Assembly (NCBI GenBank): GCA_045589295.1
Contig: JAZNOU010000021.1
Coordinates: 1-64,000 of the forward strand
Source of the DNA: Clostridia bacterium
Lineage (GTDB): Bacteria; Bacillota; Clostridia; RGIG6154
Direction: 5' to 3'
DNA length: 64,000 bases
Made by a program: the position numbers and the translations under genes. Position 1 is the first letter of the stretch. Each line of letters begins with the position of its first letter. Below the pieces are notes generated by a model, which was given only the letters and a program-made list of their open reading frames with translations, did not search any database and was not told where the DNA came from. This document shows positions 1 through 8,941 of this stretch, piece after piece.

Positions 1-134
1 TTTTCATAGATAAATCCTCCAATGTGTTTTTATTTTCGACTGGCAGGTCGCATTTATTATAACACATTGGAGGATTTTTGTTCATCGGTTAACCTTTTTA
101 GAACCACGCGACTATCGCGTGGTTTTCGTTATAC
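1..134 (-). mobile_element. Left end of a probable IS200/IS605-family insertion sequence; the transposase start codon is at 7 and the gene runs out of the window
   Basis: Minus-strand ATG AAA at 7-2 with GGAGGA RBS. A perfect 17-bp inverted repeat (12-28 / 61-77) sequesters that RBS. Subterminal palindrome AACCACGCGA-CTA-TCGCGTGGTT at 102-124. This layout matches IS200-type left ends. The CDS itself is not visible and the boundary is approximate. Confidence 0.7.
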
Positions 135-168
135 AAAAAAAAACAGCCTTGACGGGCTGTGTTTTTTT
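135..168. terminator. Intrinsic terminator-like hairpin adjoining the IS end
   Basis: A-tract, ACAGCC-TTGACG-GGCTGT stem-loop, T-tract. Confidence 0.6.
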
Positions 169-188
169 CAATAATTACGTATTAATTT

Positions 189-214
189 AAAAGCAGCCAA
201 GTGACTGCTTTTTT
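189..214. terminator. Second terminator-like hairpin
   Basis: AAAAGCAG-CCAAGTGA-CTGCTTTT followed by further T residues. Confidence 0.55.
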
Positions 215-339
215 CATTTTGCTTCAACACATAAGTCCTTATTATTTATTATATTCTATACAAAGCAAGTCCAAAAAGTAACAACAAAATTATAGTTAAA
301 AATAAATTGAAGTTTTTTGTAAAAATTTCTCTAAATACA

Positions 340-368
340 TTGACATTTTGCTCAAAAAAAGGTATAGT
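340..368 (+). promoter_or_regulatory. SigA promoter of the pot operon
   Basis: TTGACA (340-345), 17-bp spacer, TATAGT (363-368). Confidence 0.75.
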
Positions 369-406
369 TAATAATTGATGTATTATGTTGTAAAGGGGAT
401 TGATAA

Positions 407-1486
407 ATGAAAAACTCAATCATACGTCTTGAAAACATTTCAAAGACATATGGTGACACTAAAGTTCTAAACGAACTGAACTTATCCATTAAAAAGAATG
501 AATTTCTCACTCTGCTTGGTCCTTCAGGATGCGGAAAAACAACAACTCTAAAAATCATCGGAGGATTCGAAACTCCTGATTCAGGAAATGTATATTTTGA
601 AGATAGCTGTATCACTAACCTTCCCCCATATAAAAGGAAGCTTAATACAGTTTTTCAAAAGTACGCTCTCTTCCCGAATATGAACGTTTTTGAAAATATT
701 GCCTTTGGCTTAAGAATAAAGAAACTTTCTTCAGCAGAAATTACTGCGTCTGTTAAAGATGTTTTAAATATGGTCAATTTAAACGGATTTGAAAAAAGGG
801 ATATTTCTTCATTGAGCGGTGGTCAGCAGCAACGTGTTGCAATTGCACGTGCTATCGTTAACAAACCTGATGTTTTGTTGTTAGATGAACCTTTGGGCGC
901 GCTTGACCTTAAGTTGCGCAAGGACATGCAGATGGAACTTAAAAATATACAAAAACAACTTGGTATTACATTTATTTATGTAACTCATGACCAAGAAGAA
1001 GCGCTTACAATGTCAGACAGTATTGTTGTTATGAACAATGGTATTATTCAGCAAATAGGTACACCCGTTGACATATACAACGAACCACAAAACTCTTTTG
1101 TAGCCGATTTTATTGGCGAAAGTATTATTATTGACGGAATTATGCATGAAGATTTTGTTGTCGAATTTATTGGACGCAAATTCAAGTGTCTTGACAAAGA
1201 TTTCAGTCAAATGGAAGCTGTTGATGTTGTCATCAGACCAGAGGATGTTAAGTTTGTTGACAAAGATGCAGGTCAATTTAACGTAATAATTGATTCTGTC
1301 ACATTTAAAGGTGTGCACTACGAAATGGTTGCTCACACCGACGATAAATACGATACAAAATGGCTTATTCATTCTACACAAAAGGCTGATGAAGGTTCTG
1401 TTGTAGGTATAAACCTTGGGCCTAACGATATTCATATTATGAAAAAGCTTGTTTCAGAGGCTGGTGATGGCAATGAAGAAAAATAA
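407..1486 (+). CDS. potA: Spermidine/putrescine ABC transporter ATP-binding protein
   Basis: Walker [16 protein letters not shown] signature, [14 protein letters not shown] motif, C-terminal TOBE-like region. Confidence 0.95.
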   Translation: MKNSIIRLENISKTYGDTKVLNELNLSIKKNEFLTLLGPSGCGKTTTLKIIGGFETPDSGNVYFEDSCITNLPPYKRKLNTVFQKYALFPNMNVFENIAFGLRIKKLSSAEITASVKDVLNMVNLNGFEKRDISSLSGGQQQRVAIARAIVNKPDVLLLDEPLGALDLKLRKDMQMELKNIQKQLGITFIYVTHDQEEALTMSDSIVVMNNGIIQQIGTPVDIYNEPQNSFVADFIGESIIIDGIMHEDFVVEFIGRKFKCLDKDFSQMEAVDVVIRPEDVKFVDKDAGQFNVIIDSVTFKGVHYEMVAHTDDKYDTKWLIHSTQKADEGSVVGINLGPNDIHIMKKLVSEAGDGNEEK

Positions 1487-2303
1487 ATCTTTTTCTGCCT
1501 ACCCTTACTACACTTGGATGATTATATTCATCGTAGTACCTCTTGTGCTTGTTCTTTGGTATGCACTTTTTAAAAATGACAACGGAAACATTGCGTTTAC
1601 AACCGAATACATCAAAAGATTTTTTGAGCCTGTGTACATTCAGGTATTTTTGCGTTCCATTTTTCTTGCTGTAGTCAGCACCGCAATCTGCCTGCTTATT
1701 GGTTATCCCCTTGCATATATTCTTGCGGGAAAAACATTTAAACACAAAAATATGCTTATGTTTTTAGTTATTGTCCCTATGTGGATGAACTTTCTTTTAA
1801 GAACATACGCATGGCTTACAATCTTAGAAAAAAATGGAATATTAAACCAAATTCTTGAATTTTTAAATCTTCCCACCCAAAATATTCTGTATACAAATTA
1901 TGCAGTTATTTTAGGTATGGTTTATAATTATCTGCCGTTTATGGTATTGCCACTTTATACTGCACTTTCTAAGATTGACAAAAATCTTATAAATGCTGCC
2001 GAAGATTTAGGTGCAAATAAATTTACGGTATTGAAAAAAGTGGTGTTTCCATTAAGTCTTCCCGGAGTTATTTCTGGAATAACTATGACATTTATGCCTG
2101 CAGTTACAACATTTGTAATATCAAAGCTTTTGGGTGGTGGTCAGACTACTCTCATTGGTGACTTAATCGAAAATCAATTTAAAGTTGCAAATGATTGGAA
2201 TTTCGGTTCAGCTCTCTCATTAATACTTATGGTTATTATTCTTCTTAGCATGCGCGTTATGACCAAGTACGAAGAAGAAAACGAAGGAGGCGGTCTGTTT
2301 TGA
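1473..2303 (+). CDS. potB: Spermidine/putrescine ABC transporter permease
   Basis: [13 protein letters not shown] and AAEDLGA EAA loop; start moved to ATG 1473; operon context. Confidence 0.92.
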   Translation: MKKNKSFSAYPYYTWMIIFIVVPLVLVLWYALFKNDNGNIAFTTEYIKRFFEPVYIQVFLRSIFLAVVSTAICLLIGYPLAYILAGKTFKHKNMLMFLVIVPMWMNFLLRTYAWLTILEKNGILNQILEFLNLPTQNILYTNYAVILGMVYNYLPFMVLPLYTALSKIDKNLINAAEDLGANKFTVLKKVVFPLSLPGVISGITMTFMPAVTTFVISKLLGGGQTTLIGDLIENQFKVANDWNFGSALSLILMVIILLSMRVMTKYEEENEGGGLF

Positions 2304-3094
2304 AAAAAGGCATATACAGATTATACACCTTCTTAGTATACCTATTTTTATATGCACCAATCATTGTATTGATAGTATACTCATTTAACGAGTCATCTTC
2401 ACGCGGTAAATGGGGCGGTTTTTCACTTAAGTGGTATGCAAAACTGTTTGACAACCCAACGATTATGACTTCCCTGAAAAACACTTTACTAATTGCGCTT
2501 TTATCAGCAATTATCGCCACAGTTATTGGTACTCTTGCTGCTATTGGTATTCACAAATTAAAACCATTTTCTAAAAGTTTAGTTATGGATATTACCTACC
2601 TTCCTGTTCTAAACCCTGATATCGTAACTGGTATTTCATTAATGCTTTTATTTGTGTTTTTATCAATACCTCTTGGATTTACATCACTGCTTTTATCACA
2701 CATAACCTTTAACATACCTTATGTGATTTTAAATGTTATGCCAAAACTTAAGCAACTTAATCCTAATACGTATGAAGCTGCACTTGATTTAGGTGCACAT
2801 CCACTATATGCATACAGCAAAGTTATACTACCGGAAATCGCACCAGGAATTCTCACAGGATTTTTATTTGCACTCACACTTTCCATCGACGATTTTGTTG
2901 TTAGTTTTTTCACAACAGGTCCGGGGGTATCCACCTTATCTATAACAATTTACTCAATGACAAGAAAAGGAATTAAGCCTGAAATCAATGCACTTTCTGC
3001 ATTAATGTTTGTAACCGTGCTTATTTTACTTTTTATTGTAAACTACAGAAGTGATGATAATAAAAAGGAGAACTCAAATGAAGAAATTATTTAA
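2300..3094 (+). CDS. potC: Spermidine/putrescine ABC transporter permease
   Basis: FLYAPIIVLIVYSFN, EAALDLGA, SIDDFVVSFF; TTG start overlaps the potB stop. Confidence 0.92.
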   Translation: MKKGIYRLYTFLVYLFLYAPIIVLIVYSFNESSSRGKWGGFSLKWYAKLFDNPTIMTSLKNTLLIALLSAIIATVIGTLAAIGIHKLKPFSKSLVMDITYLPVLNPDIVTGISLMLLFVFLSIPLGFTSLLLSHITFNIPYVILNVMPKLKQLNPNTYEAALDLGAHPLYAYSKVILPEIAPGILTGFLFALTLSIDDFVVSFFTTGPGVSTLSITIYSMTRKGIKPEINALSALMFVTVLILLFIVNYRSDDNKKENSNEEII

Positions 3095-4151
3095 AATTTC
3101 CCTTTTAATGTTGTTTGCCGTTACTATTTTAAGTGGTTGCAGTAATTATAATACTCCAACTGCTGACAAACCTCTTGCAGGTACAACACTTAAAATCTAT
3201 AACTGGGGCGAATATATAGACGAAGATGTAATTTCCATATTCGAAGATGAAACAGGAATTAACGTTGTTTATGACACCTTCGAAACCAACGAAGATATGT
3301 ATACTAAGCTTAAGGCATCAGGTAATAACAGCTATGATGTTTGCATACCTTCTGATTACATGATTAAGAAAATGTTAGACGAAGATATGCTTGCTGAAAT
3401 TGACTTTAATAATGTTCCCAACTACAAATACATTGATGAAAAATACAAAAAGCAATCCTTTGACCCCGAAGACAAATACTCTGTTCCTTATATGTGGGGT
3501 ACTGTAGGTCTTGCAATTAACACAGACCTTGTCAAAGAAAATATTGACAGTTGGAACGTATTATGGGATGCAAAATACGAAAAACAAATTTTAGGTATTG
3601 ACAGTGAAAGAGATGCAATTGGCTTAACACTTAAGTACCTCGGATACTCCCTCAATTCAAAAAATGACAGCGAATTGGAAGAAGCAAAACAGGCATTAAT
3701 TTCTCAAAAGAAAAATATTCTGGCATACGTTGGTGATCAGGTGAAAGATAAAATGCTTAGTGAAGAAGCTTCTATCGCAATTTTGTGGTCAGGTGATGGT
3801 ATTGCTCTCCAGCAAACAGACCCAAAATTTAAATATGTAATTCCAAAAGAGGGGTCAAATTATTGGATTGATTCGGCGGTAATTCTTAAAAATTGTCAAA
3901 ACAAGCCTGCAGCCGAAGAATTTATCAACTTCTTATGCAGACCAGACATTGCTCTCAAAAACATCGAATACATTTGTTATTCAACACCACATACAGAAGC
4001 CTACAATATGCTAAGTGACGAAATGAAAAATAATCCTGCTGCATATCCTTCCGATGAAGTGTTAGCAACCTGTGAACTATTTGAAAACTTAAGTAATCCG
4101 AAAATTATGCAGAAATACTCAAAAATATGGCTCGATGTATTATCGCAGTAA
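3078..4151 (+). CDS. potD: Spermidine/putrescine-binding lipoprotein
   Basis: Lipobox LSGC, YNWGEYI, PSDYM, PYMWGT; AAGGAG RBS before ATG 3078. Confidence 0.92.
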   Translation: MKKLFKISLLMLFAVTILSGCSNYNTPTADKPLAGTTLKIYNWGEYIDEDVISIFEDETGINVVYDTFETNEDMYTKLKASGNNSYDVCIPSDYMIKKMLDEDMLAEIDFNNVPNYKYIDEKYKKQSFDPEDKYSVPYMWGTVGLAINTDLVKENIDSWNVLWDAKYEKQILGIDSERDAIGLTLKYLGYSLNSKNDSELEEAKQALISQKKNILAYVGDQVKDKMLSEEASIAILWSGDGIALQQTDPKFKYVIPKEGSNYWIDSAVILKNCQNKPAAEEFINFLCRPDIALKNIEYICYSTPHTEAYNMLSDEMKNNPAAYPSDEVLATCELFENLSNPKIMQKYSKIWLDVLSQ

Positions 4152-4156
4152 TATAA

Positions 4157-4182
4157 AACGAGGTGCTTTATGGCACCTCGTT
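4157..4182. terminator. Bidirectional terminator between potD and mutS2
   Basis: AACGAGGTGC / GCACCTCGTT inverted repeat between convergent genes. Confidence 0.75.
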
Positions 4183-6553
4183 ATTTTATTTTTACAACAG
4201 TAACCCCTGCTTCCCCTTCACCATATACTCCAAGCCTAAAATCCTTAACTGCATGGTGCATTTTAAGCATTTGGTGGATTGCATTTCTTAGTGCACCAGT
4301 TCCTTTACCATGCACTATTGTAATCTGGGGTAAATTTGCAACACAAGCATCATCTAAAAACTTGTCAACTTTAAGCACTGCATCATCTGCATACATTCCC
4401 CTAACATCAATTTCTGGTGAAATGGTTGCAGTTTTACTTATAAACTCTTTTGTAGATACATAAGCCCTGGCAATATTTTCAGACTCATTTTCTTCTGCCA
4501 ATCTTAAAGACTCAATCGGAACCGTCATTTTTAGTATTCCGGTTTGCACTAAAACATTACCTTTTTTATCTGGTAGAGCAAGAACTGTTCCGTTGGCATT
4601 AGCATCAGTAACAAATACTACTGTACCTGGAATAACATTTTTAGGTATTTCTCCTTTATGTTGTTGTGAAATTTCATTTCTCACTCTTCTTTTTGCGCTG
4701 TCTTTTTTATTTTTTAATTCTTTCCTTAAATTTTCAAGTTGTTTTAATGCTTCATTATCATTATTTTTCTTTCTTAAATTGATAATTTCTGCGATCATTT
4801 CGTCAACTTGTTTTTGCGCATCTGAAATAATTTTTTGTGCTGTTTGTTCCGCTTCATCTAAAAGCCTGTCTTTAGCTTTTTCTATTTTCTTCTTTTCAAA
4901 TTTTGCGGTCTGCTTATACTCAGCAGCGTCTTTTTTTAATTTTTCAGCTTTACTGAGTTCTTTCTCAGCGGTTTGTCTGTTTAATTCAAGCGCAGATAAT
5001 ATGTCCTCAAACTTAATATTTTCATTAGAAATATAGTTTTCAGCTTCTTTGATAATCTTTTCATCAAGACCTATACGTCTTGAGATTGCAAACGCGTTTG
5101 ATTTTCCTGGTGTTCCGATAGTTAATCTGTATGTCGGTCTTAAGGTTTTCACATCAAATTCACACGACGCATTTTCTATTCTCTCATTACTCATTGCATA
5201 TAATTTAATTTCGCTATAATGAGTAGTCGCTACAGTTTTTGCACCTTTTTTTCTTACAGTTTCAAGAATTGCTACCGCAAGTGCTGCCCCTTCTGTAGGA
5301 TCTGTGCCAGCACCAAGTTCATCAAATAGCACAAGGCTGTCAAACGATACATTGTTGACAATTTGAACTATATTAGCCATGTGCGATGAAAATGTACTTA
5401 AGTTTTGTTCAATGCTTTGCTCATCACCAATATCAGCGTAAACGTTTTCAAAAACTGCTATTTTACTTTCCTCAGCAACAGGAATTAAAAATCCCGCTTG
5501 CGCCATGAGAGTCATAAGCCCTACTGTTTTTAAACTTACAGTTTTTCCTCCTGTATTAGGACCGGTTATTACCAATGTGTCAAAATCTTGCCCTAAATAT
5601 ATATCAATCGGCACAACTCTATCCGGATCAATTAACGGATGTCGTGCTTTTTTTATGTTCAAAACGCCATCATTACTAACAACAGGCTTAAATCCATTAA
5701 TTTGAACTGCATATTTTGCCTTTGAAAAGGCTATATCCAATTTTACAAGGTATTTAATATTTTCTAACAAACTCTCGCCTATGGAGGCAATTTTATTTGA
5801 GAGCTCTCTTAATATACGTTCTGTTTCTCTAATTTCATCAATTTCAAGTTCTCTGATCTTATTGTTCATTTCCACAACGGACGCAGGTTCAATAAAAAGT
5901 GTTGCTCCCGTCGAGGAAGTGTCGTGAACAATACCTTTAATACTGGTTTTATATTCAGCTTTAACCGGTACAACATATCTGCCATTTCTGGTTGTAATTA
6001 TTAATTCCTGAAGATACTTTGAGTATTGCTGCGATGTGATGAATTTATTAAGAGTTGATTTAATATTTGCATCGAGTTGCGACTTGCTTCTTCTTATTTT
6101 AAGCAAATCCTCAGACGCACTGTCTGACAGAGTTTCTTCATTTAGGATTGATGAATCAATCTCTCTTTCAAGTGATTCATATGCATACACATTTTCAATA
6201 TATCCGTTAATGATAGGATATTGTTCCATTTCTTCACCATATTCGTGATATGCCTTAGATACTCTCAAAAGCGTATTGACTGACAATAACTCTTTAATTG
6301 AAAGCACTCCGTCAGCCATTGTCTTTTTAATCAAAATATCCTGGTTTTCTATTCCGCATGATGGCGGAGTAGAAAATTTTAGTAACAAAACAACTGCTTG
6401 ATCAGTTTCATCAAGCAGACGTTTTACACCATCAATATCTGTTCTGGGTCTGAGTTTTAAAATTATTTCTCTTGTCTTACTTCCAGTTGAAAATTCAGAT
6501 ACTTTCGCTAGGATTTTATCAAACTCAAGAGTTTTTAAAGTTTTGTCATTCAT
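4181..6553 (-). CDS. mutS2: MutS2 (ribosome-collision rescue factor / endonuclease) with C-terminal Smr domain
   Basis: ITGPNTGGKT, DIGDEQSIEQNLSTFS, DELGAGTDP, coiled coil, Smr HGKGTG. Confidence 0.96.
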   Translation of the reverse strand: MNDKTLKTLEFDKILAKVSEFSTGSKTREIILKLRPRTDIDGVKRLLDETDQAVVLLLKFSTPPSCGIENQDILIKKTMADGVLSIKELLSVNTLLRVSKAYHEYGEEMEQYPIINGYIENVYAYESLEREIDSSILNEETLSDSASEDLLKIRRSKSQLDANIKSTLNKFITSQQYSKYLQELIITTRNGRYVVPVKAEYKTSIKGIVHDTSSTGATLFIEPASVVEMNNKIRELEIDEIRETERILRELSNKIASIGESLLENIKYLVKLDIAFSKAKYAVQINGFKPVVSNDGVLNIKKARHPLIDPDRVVPIDIYLGQDFDTLVITGPNTGGKTVSLKTVGLMTLMAQAGFLIPVAEESKIAVFENVYADIGDEQSIEQNLSTFSSHMANIVQIVNNVSFDSLVLFDELGAGTDPTEGAALAVAILETVRKKGAKTVATTHYSEIKLYAMSNERIENASCEFDVKTLRPTYRLTIGTPGKSNAFAISRRIGLDEKIIKEAENYISNENIKFEDILSALELNRQTAEKELSKAEKLKKDAAEYKQTAKFEKKKIEKAKDRLLDEAEQTAQKIISDAQKQVDEMIAEIINLRKKNNDNEALKQLENLRKELKNKKDSAKRRVRNEISQQHKGEIPKNVIPGTVVFVTDANANGTVLALPDKKGNVLVQTGILKMTVPIESLRLAEENESENIARAYVSTKEFISKTATISPEIDVRGMYADDAVLKVDKFLDDACVANLPQITIVHGKGTGALRNAIHQMLKMHHAVKDFRLGVYGEGEAGVTVVKIK

Positions 6554-7343
6554 ATTCTTTTAGTATTCCCTCTAAATATTTAACCGACTCAATTATCTGG
6601 CCAACATTCTCATAACAATCGTTATACACTTCCAGAATGAGTGCATTTTTGTAGTTAACATCTCTAAGCATTGATATGATTTTTTTAAAATCTCTTATAC
6701 CATCACCAGGTAAAATACAAGAAGCACAATCATTATAATCGCTAATGTGTACATTTACTAAATTAGATTGCATTACAGAAATATAATCTGCTATCTTTTC
6801 TTTAGACCTTAATGCTTGTTTTAAATCAAGTGTAAACCCAAAATCATTTTTATCGAGATATTGCATACATTTCTTTAGAAAATCAACTTCGCCTGACTGG
6901 CACCAACTTACGTTTTCCCACGCTAAAAGTCCGCCACACTCTTTTGCAATATGTGAAATATTTGAAAAAATTTCGCAATATGCTTTGTAAGAAAAACTGC
7001 TATTACACAATTCTTTTCTACTACCATGAAATGTATAATAAGAAGCACCAAGATATTCCATGGCTTTACAAATTTTAATAAACTGTAAATGTGCATCTTG
7101 GCTTCTTCTTTTATATTCACTGAATAAAAAAGGTTCAAAAGTTGCACAAAATGAATGTATCGAAACAACATTCATATCATAATAATCAATCTTATCTTTT
7201 AAAACCTTGCAAAATGAAAGTTCTGCTTCACTATTTGCCTCTAAAAAAATTTCAATATTCTTAATTCCTGATTTTGCAAGTACTTCAACAGCATCTTCAG
7301 TTTGAGTTGGATATAAACTCGCAGTTGATACACCAATAAACAT
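6546..7343 (-). CDS. Sugar phosphate isomerase/epimerase family (xylose isomerase-like TIM barrel)
   Basis: IGVSTASLYP, SIHS, WENVSW, LDLKQ, HISD, PGDG, LEVY metal-site pattern; start uncertain (7343 or 7367). Confidence 0.8.
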   Translation of the reverse strand: MFIGVSTASLYPTQTEDAVEVLAKSGIKNIEIFLEANSEAELSFCKVLKDKIDYYDMNVVSIHSFCATFEPFLFSEYKRRSQDAHLQFIKICKAMEYLGASYYTFHGSRKELCNSSFSYKAYCEIFSNISHIAKECGGLLAWENVSWCQSGEVDFLKKCMQYLDKNDFGFTLDLKQALRSKEKIADYISVMQSNLVNVHISDYNDCASCILPGDGIRDFKKIISMLRDVNYKNALILEVYNDCYENVGQIIESVKYLEGILKEYE

Positions 7344-7435
7344 TACATAAATTTTGCTAACACACATCTTTCAGGTGCTAATTACAATAATTATCACCTC
7401 TTGATGCACAGCAATCTCCTTCGTTTACATTTAAT

Positions 7436-8077
7436 TTATTCGCTTATGTGAGGCATATTCCACTTAAAGTATGCCGCAGCAAATCTTATCAAAACAATTA
7501 TTATACTTGCAAGTGTCATTGACAATTCGGCACCTAAAACATTATATGAATAATAGCATATAACCGCGCCCGCAACAGAAGCCAAGGCGTAAATATGCTT
7601 TACAAATATATATGGAATATTACCTGTAAGCACGTCACGGGTTATGCCTCCGCCTATTCCTGTTATAACACCAACAAAAGTAACAAGTAATACATTGTCA
7701 CTATATCCAAGTCTGATAGCAGTATTAACACCGACAACAGTAAAAATAGCAAGACCAATAGAGTCGAATATAAGCATTAATGTATCATAATGTACTCTCC
7801 TTGCGTCGGTTAATAACTCTTTTTTGAAATAAATTATGATAAATAAAATTAACGACGTAATAACCGATGTTGTAACATAAGTATAATCACAAAACATTAC
7901 CGGTGGGCGAACCCCTAAAATAATATCTCTGATAAGTCCTCCGCCTACAGTTGTAACAACGCCCAAAACTATTACACCAAATAAATCCATTTTCATTTTT
8001 GCCGCTGTTAAAACTCCTGAAGATGCAAAAGAAATGCACGCCAAAATTTCTAAAAATCTCAACCATATACTCGTCAT
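7436..8077 (-). CDS. Trimeric intracellular cation channel (YadS/UPF0126) family membrane protein
   Basis: Duplicated GGGLIRD / GGGITRD motifs, DSIGLAIF, about 7 TM helices. Confidence 0.9.
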   Translation of the reverse strand: MTSIWLRFLEILACISFASSGVLTAAKMKMDLFGVIVLGVVTTVGGGLIRDIILGVRPPVMFCDYTYVTTSVITSLILFIIIYFKKELLTDARRVHYDTLMLIFDSIGLAIFTVVGVNTAIRLGYSDNVLLVTFVGVITGIGGGITRDVLTGNIPYIFVKHIYALASVAGAVICYYSYNVLGAELSMTLASIIIVLIRFAAAYFKWNMPHISE

Positions 8078-8152
8078 TATTTGTCTCCTGAACTATAAAT
8101 AATCATTACTATGTAATAATAACACTTTTTAAAATGATTTGCAACACAAATT

Positions 8153-8184
8153 AAAAAAAACTGCCTTTAAAGGCAGTTTTTTTT
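8153..8184. terminator. Intrinsic terminator of the dockerin gene
   Basis: A8-CTGCCT-TTAA-AGGCAG-T8. Confidence 0.75.
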
Positions 8185-8824
8185 AATTATTCAAATCTCT
8201 ATTTGCAATAGTTTGTTTCAATTCTGCGATATCTAAAAGTGAAACGACACCGTCCTCATTATAATCTGCAACATATTCCTCACGTTCTGTCCATAAATCC
8301 ACAACATCCCGGACACCAGCAAGATAGTTTTTGAGCTTTATAATATCTAAAGTGTTAACAACGCTATCATTATTAACATCTCCAAGAACCAAACTGCCCG
8401 ATATGCCATATGGGAATGTTGTTCTTGCTACTAAGGAAAATTCATCTGCGCCCATAAGCAATACATATATACCTTTTGGTGCATTATCAGGGAATGCAAA
8501 TGTAAAGCTACCATTTTTATATGTAATCTGATTTAAATAATATATATTTTCTTTCTTTGGATAAGCATCATTGTTTTCAGGAAGATACGCAACAAAAGTT
8601 ATCTCAGATAAATCACTTACAAGCTTATCTGAAGAAAATTCAACTGTAATTTCCTTCCCGGAAACAGCTACACCACTATCTGATATATCAATTGTATTGC
8701 CATTTTCTGTAGCTAAGTACAAAGAAGACGCCCGCATAACCCCAAAGTCTAATTCCTGTGCAAAACAAGAAACTGCTGTCAACGTTAACAATACAGCTAA
8801 TAAAAAGCATAAAATTTTACGCAT
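8183..8824 (-). CDS. Secreted protein with C-terminal type I dockerin domain
   Basis: Signal peptide ending CFA; two Ca-binding repeats GDVNNDSVVNTLD and ADYNEDGVVSLLD; beta-rich N-terminal domain of unknown function. Confidence 0.85.
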   Translation of the reverse strand: MRKILCFLLAVLLTLTAVSCFAQELDFGVMRASSLYLATENGNTIDISDSGVAVSGKEITVEFSSDKLVSDLSEITFVAYLPENNDAYPKKENIYYLNQITYKNGSFTFAFPDNAPKGIYVLLMGADEFSLVARTTFPYGISGSLVLGDVNNDSVVNTLDIIKLKNYLAGVRDVVDLWTEREEYVADYNEDGVVSLLDIAELKQTIANRDLNN

Positions 8825-8941
8825 AATTAACCCCTTGTGTTTTTTCTTATATTGTATATCATTTTAGTTTTTTTGTCAACTTTAAAACTTGTTATTATGC
8901 CAATTTTATGTTATACTAAACTAAAGAATGGAGAATTAAAA

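Noticed and set aside
7371-7373. In-frame UGA as selenocysteine or genetic-code reassignment
   Set aside because: UGA is used as a normal stop across the window (potB, mutS2-upstream gene, def), and no SECIS-like stem begins after the codon.
7366-7376. ATCTTTCAGGT, resembling a glycine riboswitch motif, near a YadS-family gene
   Set aside because: It is on the wrong strand and downstream of the gene, and the GGAGA and CCGAAG elements are missing.
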